This document shows positions 29,576 through 38,528 of a stretch of 64,000 nt of DNA, piece after piece (positions within the stretch are counted from its first letter, which is position 1; every line of letters starts with the position of its first letter). The notes beneath the pieces are model-generated. The model had not been told where the DNA came from. It saw only the letters and a list, made by a program, of their open reading frames with translations, and did not search any database. This DNA is from a candidate division TM6 bacterium UASB124 (GTDB lineage Bacteria; Babelota; Babeliae; Babelales; RVW-14): contig CAMDFF010000002.1 in assembly GCA_945897315.1 (NCBI GenBank), positions 91,618-155,617 of the forward strand. The letters are read 5' to 3'. Both the position numbers and the translations under genes were made by a program.

Positions 29576-30710
29576 AACAGCGCAATTAGTTGCCGATGCA
29601 CAAGGGCGAATTTTTAGACAGGTGCGGTCATTGCGTTGGTTGACGAAGGCAATGTGGCAACACGTTGTTACGCAAGCATCGTTTATGGCTGCCCTTGAGC
29701 TCGAACGCAAGCGGCAGCCATTACCGCGCTGGCAGGGAAGCATAGCAGATATTGTTGCTGTTGCTCCCATGACTGATCCGTATGAGGTTGTTGCTATTGA
29801 TGGTTCACAAATTTATCCCGATAATCATTTTCAGGGCATTGACTGTTTTTTGATTCACACTGGTTTGTGCCACCTTTCATACGGGCAACAGAGTAGTGTA
29901 CGCTTTGCTGCAGAGCCGTATATTTTTACCACCAAAGAAGCCCAAACGAACTATAAGCAGTCTTTTTTCTCACAAGATATGGTTGATTTAATTCGTGAAG
30001 ATTATGAGCTGACGTTGCTTGCCCAGCAGGCAGTATTACCTCAAGCAGTAGAAAAATTACGGCTTGGTCTTTTTGATGGCAATGTTTTTTTCTGGCATCT
30101 TGAGCTTAAACCACAACAGCTAAAAACTATCTTTTTAGAGCGTTATTTTCAGCAATTAACTGTTCTTCACGAGCAGCGTTTTTTGTATGCGGGATATTTG
30201 AGTGGTGCTCGTTTTAGTGATTTAGCATCGCTTTTGCGTGTGGGTCTTTGTGAAGGTGTTGAGGCGTGCGATTTATCACGTAGCGAGTTGTACGATATTT
30301 GTTCCATGGCCGAGATGTTGACCGATGCTGAACTGCTTGCCTACGTGCTTGAACCAGGTGAGCGGACAACGATTTTTTCATGTGAAGGGTCGGTGGTTGA
30401 TCTTTATCCAGAGCATAGTAAACCATGGTTTTTCTATCTGCATACGGGTGATGAAGTAGTGCGCATCGAAGTGCCAGCATGGATTGCAGCTCAAGATGGC
30501 GCTATTGATCTGATAGCGGCGTGCTGCTTAGATCAGGCAACCAAAGGGCTGGGGTACCCCGTTGCGCTAGCTGAAGCCCATGCGCAGGCTGTTGTTACAG
30601 GTGCTGATCGTACGTTCTTTTATGAGTGGATTAAGATGCAAAGCGTTCGACAACAGCGTTGTGTGACGGTGTCACCAAAAAGCATAAAAAAGAAGCTGCT
30701 TGGGATTTAG
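29559..30710 (+). CDS. NurA-like nuclease domain protein
   Basis: VVAIDGSQIYPD, LGLFDGNVFF and a C-terminal GYPVALAEAHAQA, matching the D-G-S / D-G / YP..L..A(D/H) pattern I recall for NurA. ORF-track 29514 is TTG; ATG 29559 (MLDRIK...) is preferred. Confidence 0.45.
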   Translation: MLDRIKTAQLVADAQGRIFRQVRSLRWLTKAMWQHVVTQASFMAALELERKRQPLPRWQGSIADIVAVAPMTDPYEVVAIDGSQIYPDNHFQGIDCFLIHTGLCHLSYGQQSSVRFAAEPYIFTTKEAQTNYKQSFFSQDMVDLIREDYELTLLAQQAVLPQAVEKLRLGLFDGNVFFWHLELKPQQLKTIFLERYFQQLTVLHEQRFLYAGYLSGARFSDLASLLRVGLCEGVEACDLSRSELYDICSMAEMLTDAELLAYVLEPGERTTIFSCEGSVVDLYPEHSKPWFFYLHTGDEVVRIEVPAWIAAQDGAIDLIAACCLDQATKGLGYPVALAEAHAQAVVTGADRTFFYEWIKMQSVRQQRCVTVSPKSIKKKLLGI

Positions 30711-30720
30711 CTCGTCTTTC

Positions 30721-31581
30721 TTATGCTTGTACTGTAGATGCCTGACTGCTGCCAGCATAAAATCGTGCATATCCGCTTAAAAAATAATTAATGAGTCCAA
30801 GCATAGCTTTGGTGTGCAGCGGTGCATGTGGCGCATTTCGAGTATCGGTAATTGTAAAATAGACGCAGGCGCTCATATCAAGAAGTGTTGTGATATGCAG
30901 AATTATATCAAGCTCTTGCGTTGTGAGTTGAAAACGCTCTTGCCAAATAATATAAGCATCACTACCTGGTGAGAGCGGCAGGAGGCTGTTAAAAAGCTCA
31001 TGTACCATGATATAGTCTGGTCTGATGCTGCCTTCTGTGAGTGTTCGCATTGCGATCCGCGCAACAGTTCCACAAAGCCCCCCGATTAATAAAATTTTAT
31101 GGCGTTCGTCTTGGGTTAGTCTTGCCTGGTGTGCAAGGGCTGCAAAAACGTCTGAGTTAAGCAGCTCTTGAATATTTTTTGTACTTTTTTTATCAAGGTT
31201 TATATTGCTAGCAACGTACTGCTGCATGTTTGTACGTAAAGCTGCTTCATTGATAGTCGAATAATGTGTATACCCAGCTTTTGGATTAAAGCCGTCAAGC
31301 TGAAACTTACCACACTGTAGCCATGGGGACCTTGTGGTATCAGCACACGGAGTACCAAGGTGGATGTGTGCTGGAGCTCCTGTGAGCTTTTCAGCAAGCG
31401 CTGCATGGCCATATTCATGAGCAGCTGTCGCGATCATCCAGCTACTATATTCGATGGCAGCCATACGAATAAGCATTGCTGGCTTAACCTGCTCGTACAG
31501 ATTGTGTTGAATATCTTCTGGTGCTGTCGCGTATGTGCAAACAGCCAAGAGGAGGGTGGTTATAAATTCGAGTAACGTCAT
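30721..31581 (-). CDS. Putative zinc metallopeptidase (HExxH, M50B-like membrane protein)
   Basis: AAHEYGHAALAEKLTG (HExxH), hydrophobic N- and C-terminal segments, and a later PGSDAYIIW motif. Confidence 0.4.
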   Translation of the reverse strand: MTLLEFITTLLLAVCTYATAPEDIQHNLYEQVKPAMLIRMAAIEYSSWMIATAAHEYGHAALAEKLTGAPAHIHLGTPCADTTRSPWLQCGKFQLDGFNPKAGYTHYSTINEAALRTNMQQYVASNINLDKKSTKNIQELLNSDVFAALAHQARLTQDERHKILLIGGLCGTVARIAMRTLTEGSIRPDYIMVHELFNSLLPLSPGSDAYIIWQERFQLTTQELDIILHITTLLDMSACVYFTITDTRNAPHAPLHTKAMLGLINYFLSGYARFYAGSSQASTVQA

Positions 31582-31618
31582 GCAGTGCTCAAGGCTAAGC
31601 TATCTCATACATACGATT

Positions 31619-33958
31619 TTAATGTGTAGCTTGCGCTGATGTTTCCAAAAAGCGGCCTAATATCTTCTTTTGCCCAAGCTTAAAAATTGCGGTTACATAA
31701 AAATCATTGTCTGGTGCTTTCTCAACGTCAGTAACAATGCCAGGCCCAAATTTTTGATGATATACCGTTTGTTTTTTGTACCATTTTGCTTTTGGTCCCG
31801 CTGGCGCGGTCCCTGTAGTAGTTGCTTTGCTATATGATGAATATGCCGATGGGCTGTATGTTGATGTTGGGCTGTAACTTGATGTACGAGGTGTCATCGC
31901 TTGCTGTGGCAGCTTGTGTCCCATGGTTGCTAGGGGTAATCCACTGATCCATTGTTCGAGCATGCTGCGCATTTGAAATCGTGGCAGCTGTTCCAGGTCA
32001 AGTGTTTGTACAAGTTTGCTTGGGATTTCTGCGAGAAAGCGCGATGGTGCCTGGCTAACGAGTTGGCCAAATGTGTAGCGTGTGTGGGCATTGCTGATAA
32101 CCAAATGCTCTTTGGCTCTCGTCATGCCGACGTACATTAAGCGTCGCTCTTCCTCAAGGTCTTCGTTAGTATTCAGTGATCGCTGGCTAGGCAACAGACC
32201 CTCTTCAAGTCCGGACATAATTACGGTATCAAATTCAAGCCCTTTGGCTGCGTGTAAAGTCATCATGAGGACGACTGGGGTTTCTGTATCATCGTTATTA
32301 CCAACTTCTTGCAGGAGCGATACTTCATGCAGGAATGACTCAAGTAATCCGGTTTGATTGCCATTTTTCTGTTCAAAGATGTCAATTGCGAGCAGAAATT
32401 CTTGAACGTTTTCTTGTTTAGCTTGAGCATCTTTTAAGTCGTAAGCAGCATTGAGATAGGTATTATATTCGATGTAATCAATGATTAGTTTAAGAATCAT
32501 GCTTGGGGCGTCGGCAGCATTGATACTTGCGTAGAGCAATATAAATTTTTGTACGGCGCGTGTTTTAGTAGGTGTTAGAGCCGTATCAGCATCAGTCATC
32601 ATGAAATTGAGTATTTGCTTGAAATCCATGAAGGGCTGTTGCTGCCATAGTTTGAGTAAGTCTTCTTCAAACTTTTCACCAAGCCCTCTGGCGGGGACAT
32701 TGACAATGCGTAGCAAGCTAATTTTATCAAATGGATTGACGACAAGCCTGAGGTAAGCAAGAAGATCTTTAATCTCTTTGCGCTCATAGAAACGAATGCC
32801 ACCAATCATTTTATAGGGGATTGCTTTATGAATGAGCGCTTCTTCAATGCTTCGTGATTGATAGTGCGTGCGGTACAAAATTGCAACGTCATTGAGCCCT
32901 TTTTTGGCGCTAATTACCTGTACCATGGTAGCAATAGCGTCTGCTTCTTGGTCACCAGAGCCACAAACGATCCGTAATATTCTGTTTGTTGCGGTACGTG
33001 TTGACCACAGCTCTTTTGGGTTGCGCATGGTGTTGTTTGCGATAACGTCGTTGGCAGCATGTAAAATTGGCTGTACAGAGCGATAATTTTGTTCAATTTT
33101 AACCGTGGTTACGGGGGCAAAATCAGTTTGAAACTTGAGCATGTTTGCTACGGTTGCGCCACGCCATGAGTAAATTGACTGGTCTTCATCACCGACGGCG
33201 CACATAGAATCGATAGCGAGCGCTTTGTTTTGCGTTGCCATAGCCAATAGTAACTGGTGTTGTACATCGCTGGTATCTTGGTACTCATCGACTAAAATAT
33301 GACGCACGCGATGTTGAAGCTGGAGGCGGAACTCGCTGTTTTTGTTCATACCCTCAAGGACTTTAAGAATCAAATCATCAAAGTCTAGGCAACGTGAAGA
33401 GGCTTTTTCGGCTTCATATTGAAGGTAAATTTCTTTGAACATCGGGATCATGCCCGTTTCTAAGGCAACGACGTTGCCAGCAGCAACCTGGTTTTTGTGG
33501 CGTGAGATGGCAAAGGTGATTTGCGAGGCCGTGATGTATTTTGCTAGGGCAAACTGCTTCATAATTTTTTTAATCAGGTCTTGTTGATCATCAGCATCTA
33601 AAATGCTGAACTGTGGCATACCTGTTAGCATTGGATAAGTGCGTAGTAGCTGAAGACAGTAGGAATGAAAGGTGCCAATAAATGGCAAACGATGAATACC
33701 CTCGAGCAGTTGTAGTAACCGTTCTTTCATCTCTCCTGCAGCTTTATTTGTGAAAGTAAGAGCAACGATTTGATGAGGCTCTACGCCATTATTGGCAATG
33801 AGATGCGCAATGCGCGTGGTAATGACGCGTGTTTTTCCTGAGCCAGCGCCTGCAATAATAAGCAGTGCTTCGCGGTCGTGTAAAACAGCGGTGCGTTGAT
33901 TATCATTAAGACCCGTGCTAATAAGTTGTTCAAGATTATGAGAAGAAGTGGTTGTCAT
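31619..33958 (-). CDS. pcrA: UvrD/PcrA-type SF1 DNA helicase
   Basis: AGAGSGKTRVITTRIAHLI (motif I), VDEYQDTS (motif II), TLHAAKGLEF, YVGMTRAKE, and the C-terminal small domain VYHQKFGPGIVTDV. ORF-track 33970 is TTG; ATG 33958 lies 1 nt after the upstream gene's stop. Confidence 0.93.
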   Translation of the reverse strand: MTTTSSHNLEQLISTGLNDNQRTAVLHDREALLIIAGAGSGKTRVITTRIAHLIANNGVEPHQIVALTFTNKAAGEMKERLLQLLEGIHRLPFIGTFHSYCLQLLRTYPMLTGMPQFSILDADDQQDLIKKIMKQFALAKYITASQITFAISRHKNQVAAGNVVALETGMIPMFKEIYLQYEAEKASSRCLDFDDLILKVLEGMNKNSEFRLQLQHRVRHILVDEYQDTSDVQHQLLLAMATQNKALAIDSMCAVGDEDQSIYSWRGATVANMLKFQTDFAPVTTVKIEQNYRSVQPILHAANDVIANNTMRNPKELWSTRTATNRILRIVCGSGDQEADAIATMVQVISAKKGLNDVAILYRTHYQSRSIEEALIHKAIPYKMIGGIRFYERKEIKDLLAYLRLVVNPFDKISLLRIVNVPARGLGEKFEEDLLKLWQQQPFMDFKQILNFMMTDADTALTPTKTRAVQKFILLYASINAADAPSMILKLIIDYIEYNTYLNAAYDLKDAQAKQENVQEFLLAIDIFEQKNGNQTGLLESFLHEVSLLQEVGNNDDTETPVVLMMTLHAAKGLEFDTVIMSGLEEGLLPSQRSLNTNEDLEEERRLMYVGMTRAKEHLVISNAHTRYTFGQLVSQAPSRFLAEIPSKLVQTLDLEQLPRFQMRSMLEQWISGLPLATMGHKLPQQAMTPRTSSYSPTSTYSPSAYSSYSKATTTGTAPAGPKAKWYKKQTVYHQKFGPGIVTDVEKAPDNDFYVTAIFKLGQKKILGRFLETSAQATH

Positions 33959-33959
33959 A

Positions 33960-35264
33960 TTAATCAACAATCTTTTTTTCAGTGATTAGCTCTCTGTTTT
34001 TTGTACCAAGATACCACGCAACAACTGCCCACATAGAGCACATACTCATAGCAAGAAGGGGCCCAAAGGCCATTAAATGTGTGGTAGAGCTAAACAGTTT
34101 ATTGATGCTGGCACCAATAGCAAGAAAACCACGATAACCAAAGCCATCTATCCAGCTCTTAGCTTTAAACTGTACGTCCAAGCTTGTGGGAATATACAGC
34201 GTCTCTTTGCATGGTGAATTGAGAGCATAGCTGAGGCTTTTGAGTGTAACAATAGCAGCAAACAACATCCATAAAGTTGGGTGTAGCCATACGTAGCCAA
34301 TAATCACGAAAACAAGGACAGGAAAGCCAACCATGCAAAAACGTACACCAAAATTACGAATAAAAAAACTAGAGCCAATAAGCGCAAAAATAAGAGCGAC
34401 TAAGTTCGTTGTCTGCATTAATGAACCCGTAAAATGTGCTCTCTCTGCAAATGTTAAAAATTGTTCAGAAATGCGGTGCATAAGCTGGTATTCAAGAATT
34501 GCAGTGACCATCGTATACAGGGCTGTTGTTGTGATAAAAGCCAAAAGGTACGGCCGTGTTAGGACAAGGCGAAGGCCTTCAATAGGGCCGGTGGGTCGTT
34601 TTTTTGTGCTTTCAATTTTTACTATGCTTGGATCGTAGACCACGAGCATGCGCACAATAATAATGGTGACAAACATGCAGAGGCTGGCCCCAAAAATAAC
34701 GACAGGGATTGTGAAGATGTGGCTATTTTTAATAAATTCAGGGCCGACAATAGAAGCAACTTGTGTGGCGGCAACAATTAAAGGATAGCAACGCTTAGCG
34801 CTTTCGGTTTTGCTACTGCTGGCAGCAAATGACCAAAAAAGCGTCAGCATAATCATAATAAAACTTTCAATGCCGATGTAAAATGCCCAACCAATAAACT
34901 GGCTGGCATGTTCTGGACTGGCATTAAGTCCGATTATTGGGCTACTTAAAAGATAGGCAAGGGTCATGAAGAAGAGACCATAGCCAGCACAAAAAATATA
35001 AAATAGTTGATGCTTTTCTACACGGTCAGAAAGTTCTGAGTACAGTAAAGTGAGGGGTATCATCACTAGAAAAGAGGCGATTTTAGCATTTGGTAGATAA
35101 AATTTATCCACAAAATGCATGAACAAAATTTCTTTTAATGGCCGTAACATTGAGTAGGTACCAATAAAAGAAAAGGAGATGAGTGACAATAGTCCAAAAT
35201 GGCGAATTTCTTCTTTGGTGATATCACCCCATAAAATACGCGCGAGACTAAGAAAAATATTCAT
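33960..35264 (-). CDS. ntt: Tlc/NTT-family nucleotide transporter (ATP/ADP-translocase-like), paralog 1
   Basis: 434 aa, polytopic. The N-terminal LARILWGDITKEEIRHFGLLSLISFSFIGTYSMLRPLKEILF and the distal NSPCKETLYIPTSLDVQFKAKSWIDGFGYRG are shared with two upstream paralogs. They resemble the L-x-x-L-K-K...R-x-x-KD N-terminus and K-x-K-x-x-ID motifs of rickettsial and chlamydial Tlc/Npt. Confidence 0.75.
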   Translation of the reverse strand: MNIFLSLARILWGDITKEEIRHFGLLSLISFSFIGTYSMLRPLKEILFMHFVDKFYLPNAKIASFLVMIPLTLLYSELSDRVEKHQLFYIFCAGYGLFFMTLAYLLSSPIIGLNASPEHASQFIGWAFYIGIESFIMIMLTLFWSFAASSSKTESAKRCYPLIVAATQVASIVGPEFIKNSHIFTIPVVIFGASLCMFVTIIIVRMLVVYDPSIVKIESTKKRPTGPIEGLRLVLTRPYLLAFITTTALYTMVTAILEYQLMHRISEQFLTFAERAHFTGSLMQTTNLVALIFALIGSSFFIRNFGVRFCMVGFPVLVFVIIGYVWLHPTLWMLFAAIVTLKSLSYALNSPCKETLYIPTSLDVQFKAKSWIDGFGYRGFLAIGASINKLFSSTTHLMAFGPLLAMSMCSMWAVVAWYLGTKNRELITEKKIVD

Positions 35265-35283
35265 GATTCCAAACAGAGATTTA

Positions 35284-35316
35284 CATAAAAAGAGGGCCGG
35301 TCATTGAAACCAGCCC
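35284..35316 (-). terminator. Intrinsic-terminator-like hairpin between ntt paralogs 2 and 1
   Basis: Minus-strand RNA forms GGGCUGGU-uucaaug-ACCGGCCC followed by UCUUUUUAUG. It pairs with a G-U on the minus strand but has a C-A mismatch on the plus strand, so it is strand-specific. It ends about 20 nt before the ATG at 35264. Confidence 0.6.
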
Positions 35317-35342
35317 CCATACAATAACGTTTCAGCTAATAA

Positions 35343-36647
35343 TTACTGAACGATTTGATTTTCGTTGGTGAGTTTTTCATTTGAGCGGCCAACATACATG
35401 GCAACCATAATCCAAACACCAACAATACCAAGAGAGATCAGTGAGCCGTAAAGAACAAGGTCAGTCATGGTTGTAAACATAGCGTTTATCCCTGAACCTG
35501 TTGCTTTTGCAGAGCGACCACCAAAACCGTCAATCCAGCTTTTAGCTTTAAATTTAACGTCTTTACTGGTAGGGATCCACATAATTTCTTTACAAGGATT
35601 GTTCAATGCGTAGCTCAAACCTTTGATCGCTACCATTGCACCAAACAGACCCCATAGCGATGGGAACAACATGGTGTAGACAACCACACTTGCTACAGCA
35701 CATGGGAACATAACCAAGCAGAAGGTTAAGCCAAAGCGGCGAATGAAGTAGCTGGTACCGATAAAGGCAAATACCAATGCTAACAAATTGCTAGCTTGAC
35801 CAAACATACCTAAGAATTCAGTAACTTTTTCAACAGTTGCAAAGCTTTCATCAGCAATGAACTTCATTTGATAGTCGAGCACGGTTGCAACAACTTCGTA
35901 CAAGGTTGAAACACCAAGAATACCAAGCAAATATGGCTTGCTTACCAAGAGGCGAAGGCCTTCGATAACGCCGGTAGCTTTTTTGTTTTTGTCTTTTGGA
36001 GCTTCAACGCCTGATGCAGGGTTCATCTTAACGAAAGCATAAACCATAAGGGTAACCATCATGATTGACAAGCTTACGATTGCTGCAAGTTGTGGCATAC
36101 CAATGCTGCTTGCATAGGTTGCAAGTGTTGGGCCAGCAACGCCACCAATTTGTGCACCAGCAATGATCAATGCATAACCGCGTTTTGCAGATGCTTGGTC
36201 GGTGCTGCTGTTAACAAATGACCAGAATAATGAAATTACCAATGAACCAAAGCTCTCGATACCGAGGTAGATAACCCAACCAAGAATACGGGATGGATCA
36301 GCTACGGTATTTTCAAGACCAACGCTTGGCACGGTTAATGCATAAGCAATAAACATGAACAGGGTCGCATAGGCTGAGCAAATGATATAGAACAAATGCT
36401 GCTTGGAGAACATGTCTACTAATTTTGAGTAGAACATGATGAGCGGGATGATGAAGAAGAATGATGCAATTTTTGCATATGGAATATAGGTTCTTCCTAC
36501 AATTCTCATAAACAATGCATCTTTAATTGGTCTCATCAACCAATAGCTACCAATGATGAACAGGAAGGTCATCGATAGCATGCCAAAACGTTTTATATCA
36601 TCACTTGAGAGATCGCCCCATAGCGCTCTAGCTAACCGAGAAAACAT
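35343..36647 (-). CDS. ntt: Tlc/NTT-family nucleotide transporter, paralog 2
   Basis: LARALWGDLSSDDIKRFGMLSMTFLFIIGSYWLMRPIKDALF...NNPCKEIMWIPTSKDVKFKAKSWIDGFGGRS. RBS AAGGAG 5 nt upstream of the ATG. Confidence 0.75.
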   Translation of the reverse strand: MFSRLARALWGDLSSDDIKRFGMLSMTFLFIIGSYWLMRPIKDALFMRIVGRTYIPYAKIASFFFIIPLIMFYSKLVDMFSKQHLFYIICSAYATLFMFIAYALTVPSVGLENTVADPSRILGWVIYLGIESFGSLVISLFWSFVNSSTDQASAKRGYALIIAGAQIGGVAGPTLATYASSIGMPQLAAIVSLSIMMVTLMVYAFVKMNPASGVEAPKDKNKKATGVIEGLRLLVSKPYLLGILGVSTLYEVVATVLDYQMKFIADESFATVEKVTEFLGMFGQASNLLALVFAFIGTSYFIRRFGLTFCLVMFPCAVASVVVYTMLFPSLWGLFGAMVAIKGLSYALNNPCKEIMWIPTSKDVKFKAKSWIDGFGGRSAKATGSGINAMFTTMTDLVLYGSLISLGIVGVWIMVAMYVGRSNEKLTNENQIVQ

Positions 36648-36707
36648 ATAGTCTCCTTAAAAGGGTTGAATAGATAACATTTTCAATAATAAACGACACG
36701 ACTCGAC

Positions 36708-36736
36708 ATTCTAGCACAAGCTAAAAAAAACACCAA
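36708..36736 (-). promoter_or_regulatory. Sigma70-like promoter for ntt paralog 2 (TTGGTG - 17 nt - TGcTAGAAT, extended -10)
   Basis: Minus strand reads ...aTTGGTGttttttttagcttgTGcTAGAATgtcgag..., about 55 nt upstream of the ATG at 36647. Confidence 0.5.
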
Positions 36737-36743
36737 TATTACA

Positions 36744-38081
36744 TTATTCGATCAGTTTGTTCTCTTCAACTGTTTTGTTGAATGTTTTACCGATCACGGC
36801 TGCAAGCCCAACCCACAGTGCGATGAGGCCTATAGTAAAGCCTCCAGCAACAGATAGAGCTTGCCCAACGACCCCATTAACAACAGAGCCTGATGCCTTA
36901 GAGAAGCGTTTGCCGAACATCTCAATCCATGCCTTAGATTTGTACTTTATATTGCGTGAGGTAGGGATGTAGAGCGCTTCTTTTGTTGGCTGATTCAGTG
37001 CATAGCCAATAGCCTTTGCAATTAACATAACGTAAGCAATGGTCCATAGTGTTGGGTTGAGTAGGTACCAAATAATAAAGATACCAATACTCAATGGATA
37101 GCAAATAAGCGAAGTGCGAATGCCTAGCCAGCGGTGGAATACTGATGTGCCAATAAGGGCAAATACACAGGAGATGACTTGTACTGCAAGTCCGTATTCA
37201 AACAAAAACTTGTTTACAAGACCAGGTGCGATATACGTGCTTTTGACCAAGAGCGACATCTGATAGCCCATCACAGTTGATACAACTTCTTGAAAGAAAA
37301 CAAGGCCAAAGATACCCATAACATAGGGATGCGTGACTAAAAACTTGAGTCCATCGAGAAAACCAACGGCACTCTTGCCGCTTTTTGGCTCACTGGCTTG
37401 CACGTGGTCTTCGTATCCGGTCATGCTTGATGCCCGTAAAACTTTGGTAAGAACCCATACGGTACCGGCAATCATGAGGAACATTATCACAGAAATAAAC
37501 GCGATTAAGGGCACACTGCTGGCATATTGCGAAGCGTCGTACGATAAATAATTACCAAGCAGAATGCTCAAAGTGCCGCCTAGCTGGCTACCAAAGATAA
37601 TTAACCCATAGCCTTTTTTTGCTGATTCTGGAGTGGTAATGTCGTTTACGAATGACCAATAGAGCGTCATGATCAAGTCGATGTAGCTTTCACAAAATAC
37701 ATAAAACGCCCAGCCCAACATGCGTTTAGGGTCGGTGGTAGCGTTTGCCACACCAATGCTTGGGTGATGTAGAAAATACACAAAAATCAATCCAAGCACG
37801 GTGTAGACACTTATAAAAAAGTAGATCAGCTTTTCTTTCGTGTACATGTCAACGAGGCGAGAGTAGAGGAGTACAATAGGAAAGAAGAGTGATACTGATA
37901 AAATTTTGACGTATGGCAAGTACTCTGGCCCAACGGTATTAATAAAAATACTGTCTTTTAGTGTCTTGAGTGGCCACCATGAGCCAATCAAAAAGAAGAA
38001 ACCAACAGCAAGAATGGAATATTTTTTGAGCTCTTCACCATGGAGATTGCCCCATAGCGCGCGAATAATTTTATTAGCCAT
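36744..38081 (-). CDS. ntt: Tlc/NTT-family nucleotide transporter, paralog 3
   Basis: MANKIIRALWGNLHGEELKKYSILAVGFFFLIGSWWPLKTLKDSIF...NQPTKEALYIPTSRNIKYKSKAWIEMFGKRF. ORF-track 38093 is TTG; ATG 38081 aligns with the paralog N-termini. Confidence 0.75.
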   Translation of the reverse strand: MANKIIRALWGNLHGEELKKYSILAVGFFFLIGSWWPLKTLKDSIFINTVGPEYLPYVKILSVSLFFPIVLLYSRLVDMYTKEKLIYFFISVYTVLGLIFVYFLHHPSIGVANATTDPKRMLGWAFYVFCESYIDLIMTLYWSFVNDITTPESAKKGYGLIIFGSQLGGTLSILLGNYLSYDASQYASSVPLIAFISVIMFLMIAGTVWVLTKVLRASSMTGYEDHVQASEPKSGKSAVGFLDGLKFLVTHPYVMGIFGLVFFQEVVSTVMGYQMSLLVKSTYIAPGLVNKFLFEYGLAVQVISCVFALIGTSVFHRWLGIRTSLICYPLSIGIFIIWYLLNPTLWTIAYVMLIAKAIGYALNQPTKEALYIPTSRNIKYKSKAWIEMFGKRFSKASGSVVNGVVGQALSVAGGFTIGLIALWVGLAAVIGKTFNKTVEENKLIE

Positions 38082-38105
38082 AACCTTTTGCAATATTTAA
38101 GGGGG

Positions 38106-38139
38106 TAAAAAACAAAAATCCCGGAGCTGTTTACTCCGG
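38106..38139 (-). terminator. Terminator-like hairpin plus U-run about 25 nt upstream of the ntt paralog 3 start (possible attenuator)
   Basis: Minus-strand RNA forms CCGGAG-uaaacag-CUCCGG followed by GAUUUUUGUUUUUUA, then 24 nt to ATG 38081. Confidence 0.5.
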
Positions 38140-38281
38140 CATTTTTATAACCATACATATGAATTTGTACTTATGGAACAAGTGTATCCTGCTATCAGGA
38201 AAGCGTCAATCTGAGAGTGGCGATGTGCGTTAAAGAACAAGAAAGCAGTGACAGGTTGAATATTTTATTTGTGGCGATGAC

Positions 38282-38346
38282 AAAAAATCGTATTTTAACC
38301 CTCTGGGAATGTCGTGCAGATTCACCCTACACTCTTCGCTCTAAAG
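38282..38346 (-). promoter_or_regulatory. Conserved non-coding motif, copy A (upstream of ntt paralog 3)
   Basis: Minus strand TGTAGGGTGAATC..CCAGAGGGTTAAAATACGATTTTTT matches copy B at 40183..40254, which reads TGTAAGGGGAAATCG..CCAGAGGGTGAAAATCGATTTTTT. Confidence 0.5.
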
Positions 38347-38478
38347 AGTTTGTAGTTACTGAGGACAGGCAGCGTTTCAGCTCGCAGGGAACATCAATGG
38401 GAAGCTTTCCGCCGAGTTGCTTATAACGACCTCCAGTTAGGGCTTTTCGAGAAGTCGTTATGTTTTGATAGTTAAAAT

Positions 38479-38518
38479 GCTTATGGCATAGGAATATGTT
38501 TTTCGCTGTGCCATAAGC
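38479..38518 (-). terminator. Hairpin directly downstream of the RING-ANK gene
   Basis: GCTTATGGCA-n20-TGCCATAAGC is a 10-bp perfect stem. It starts 11 nt after the stop at 38529 and is followed on the minus strand by AUUUUAACUAUC. The large loop and weak U-run limit confidence. Confidence 0.4.
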
Positions 38519-38528
38519 AGCAGGACTG

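Noticed and set aside
38217-38426. 69-aa + strand ORF, and its counterpart at 40131..40349 (72 aa)
   Set aside because: Their weak mutual similarity is explained by the shared non-coding motif. There is no RBS, and they lie on the strand opposite to all neighbouring genes. Treated as non-coding.
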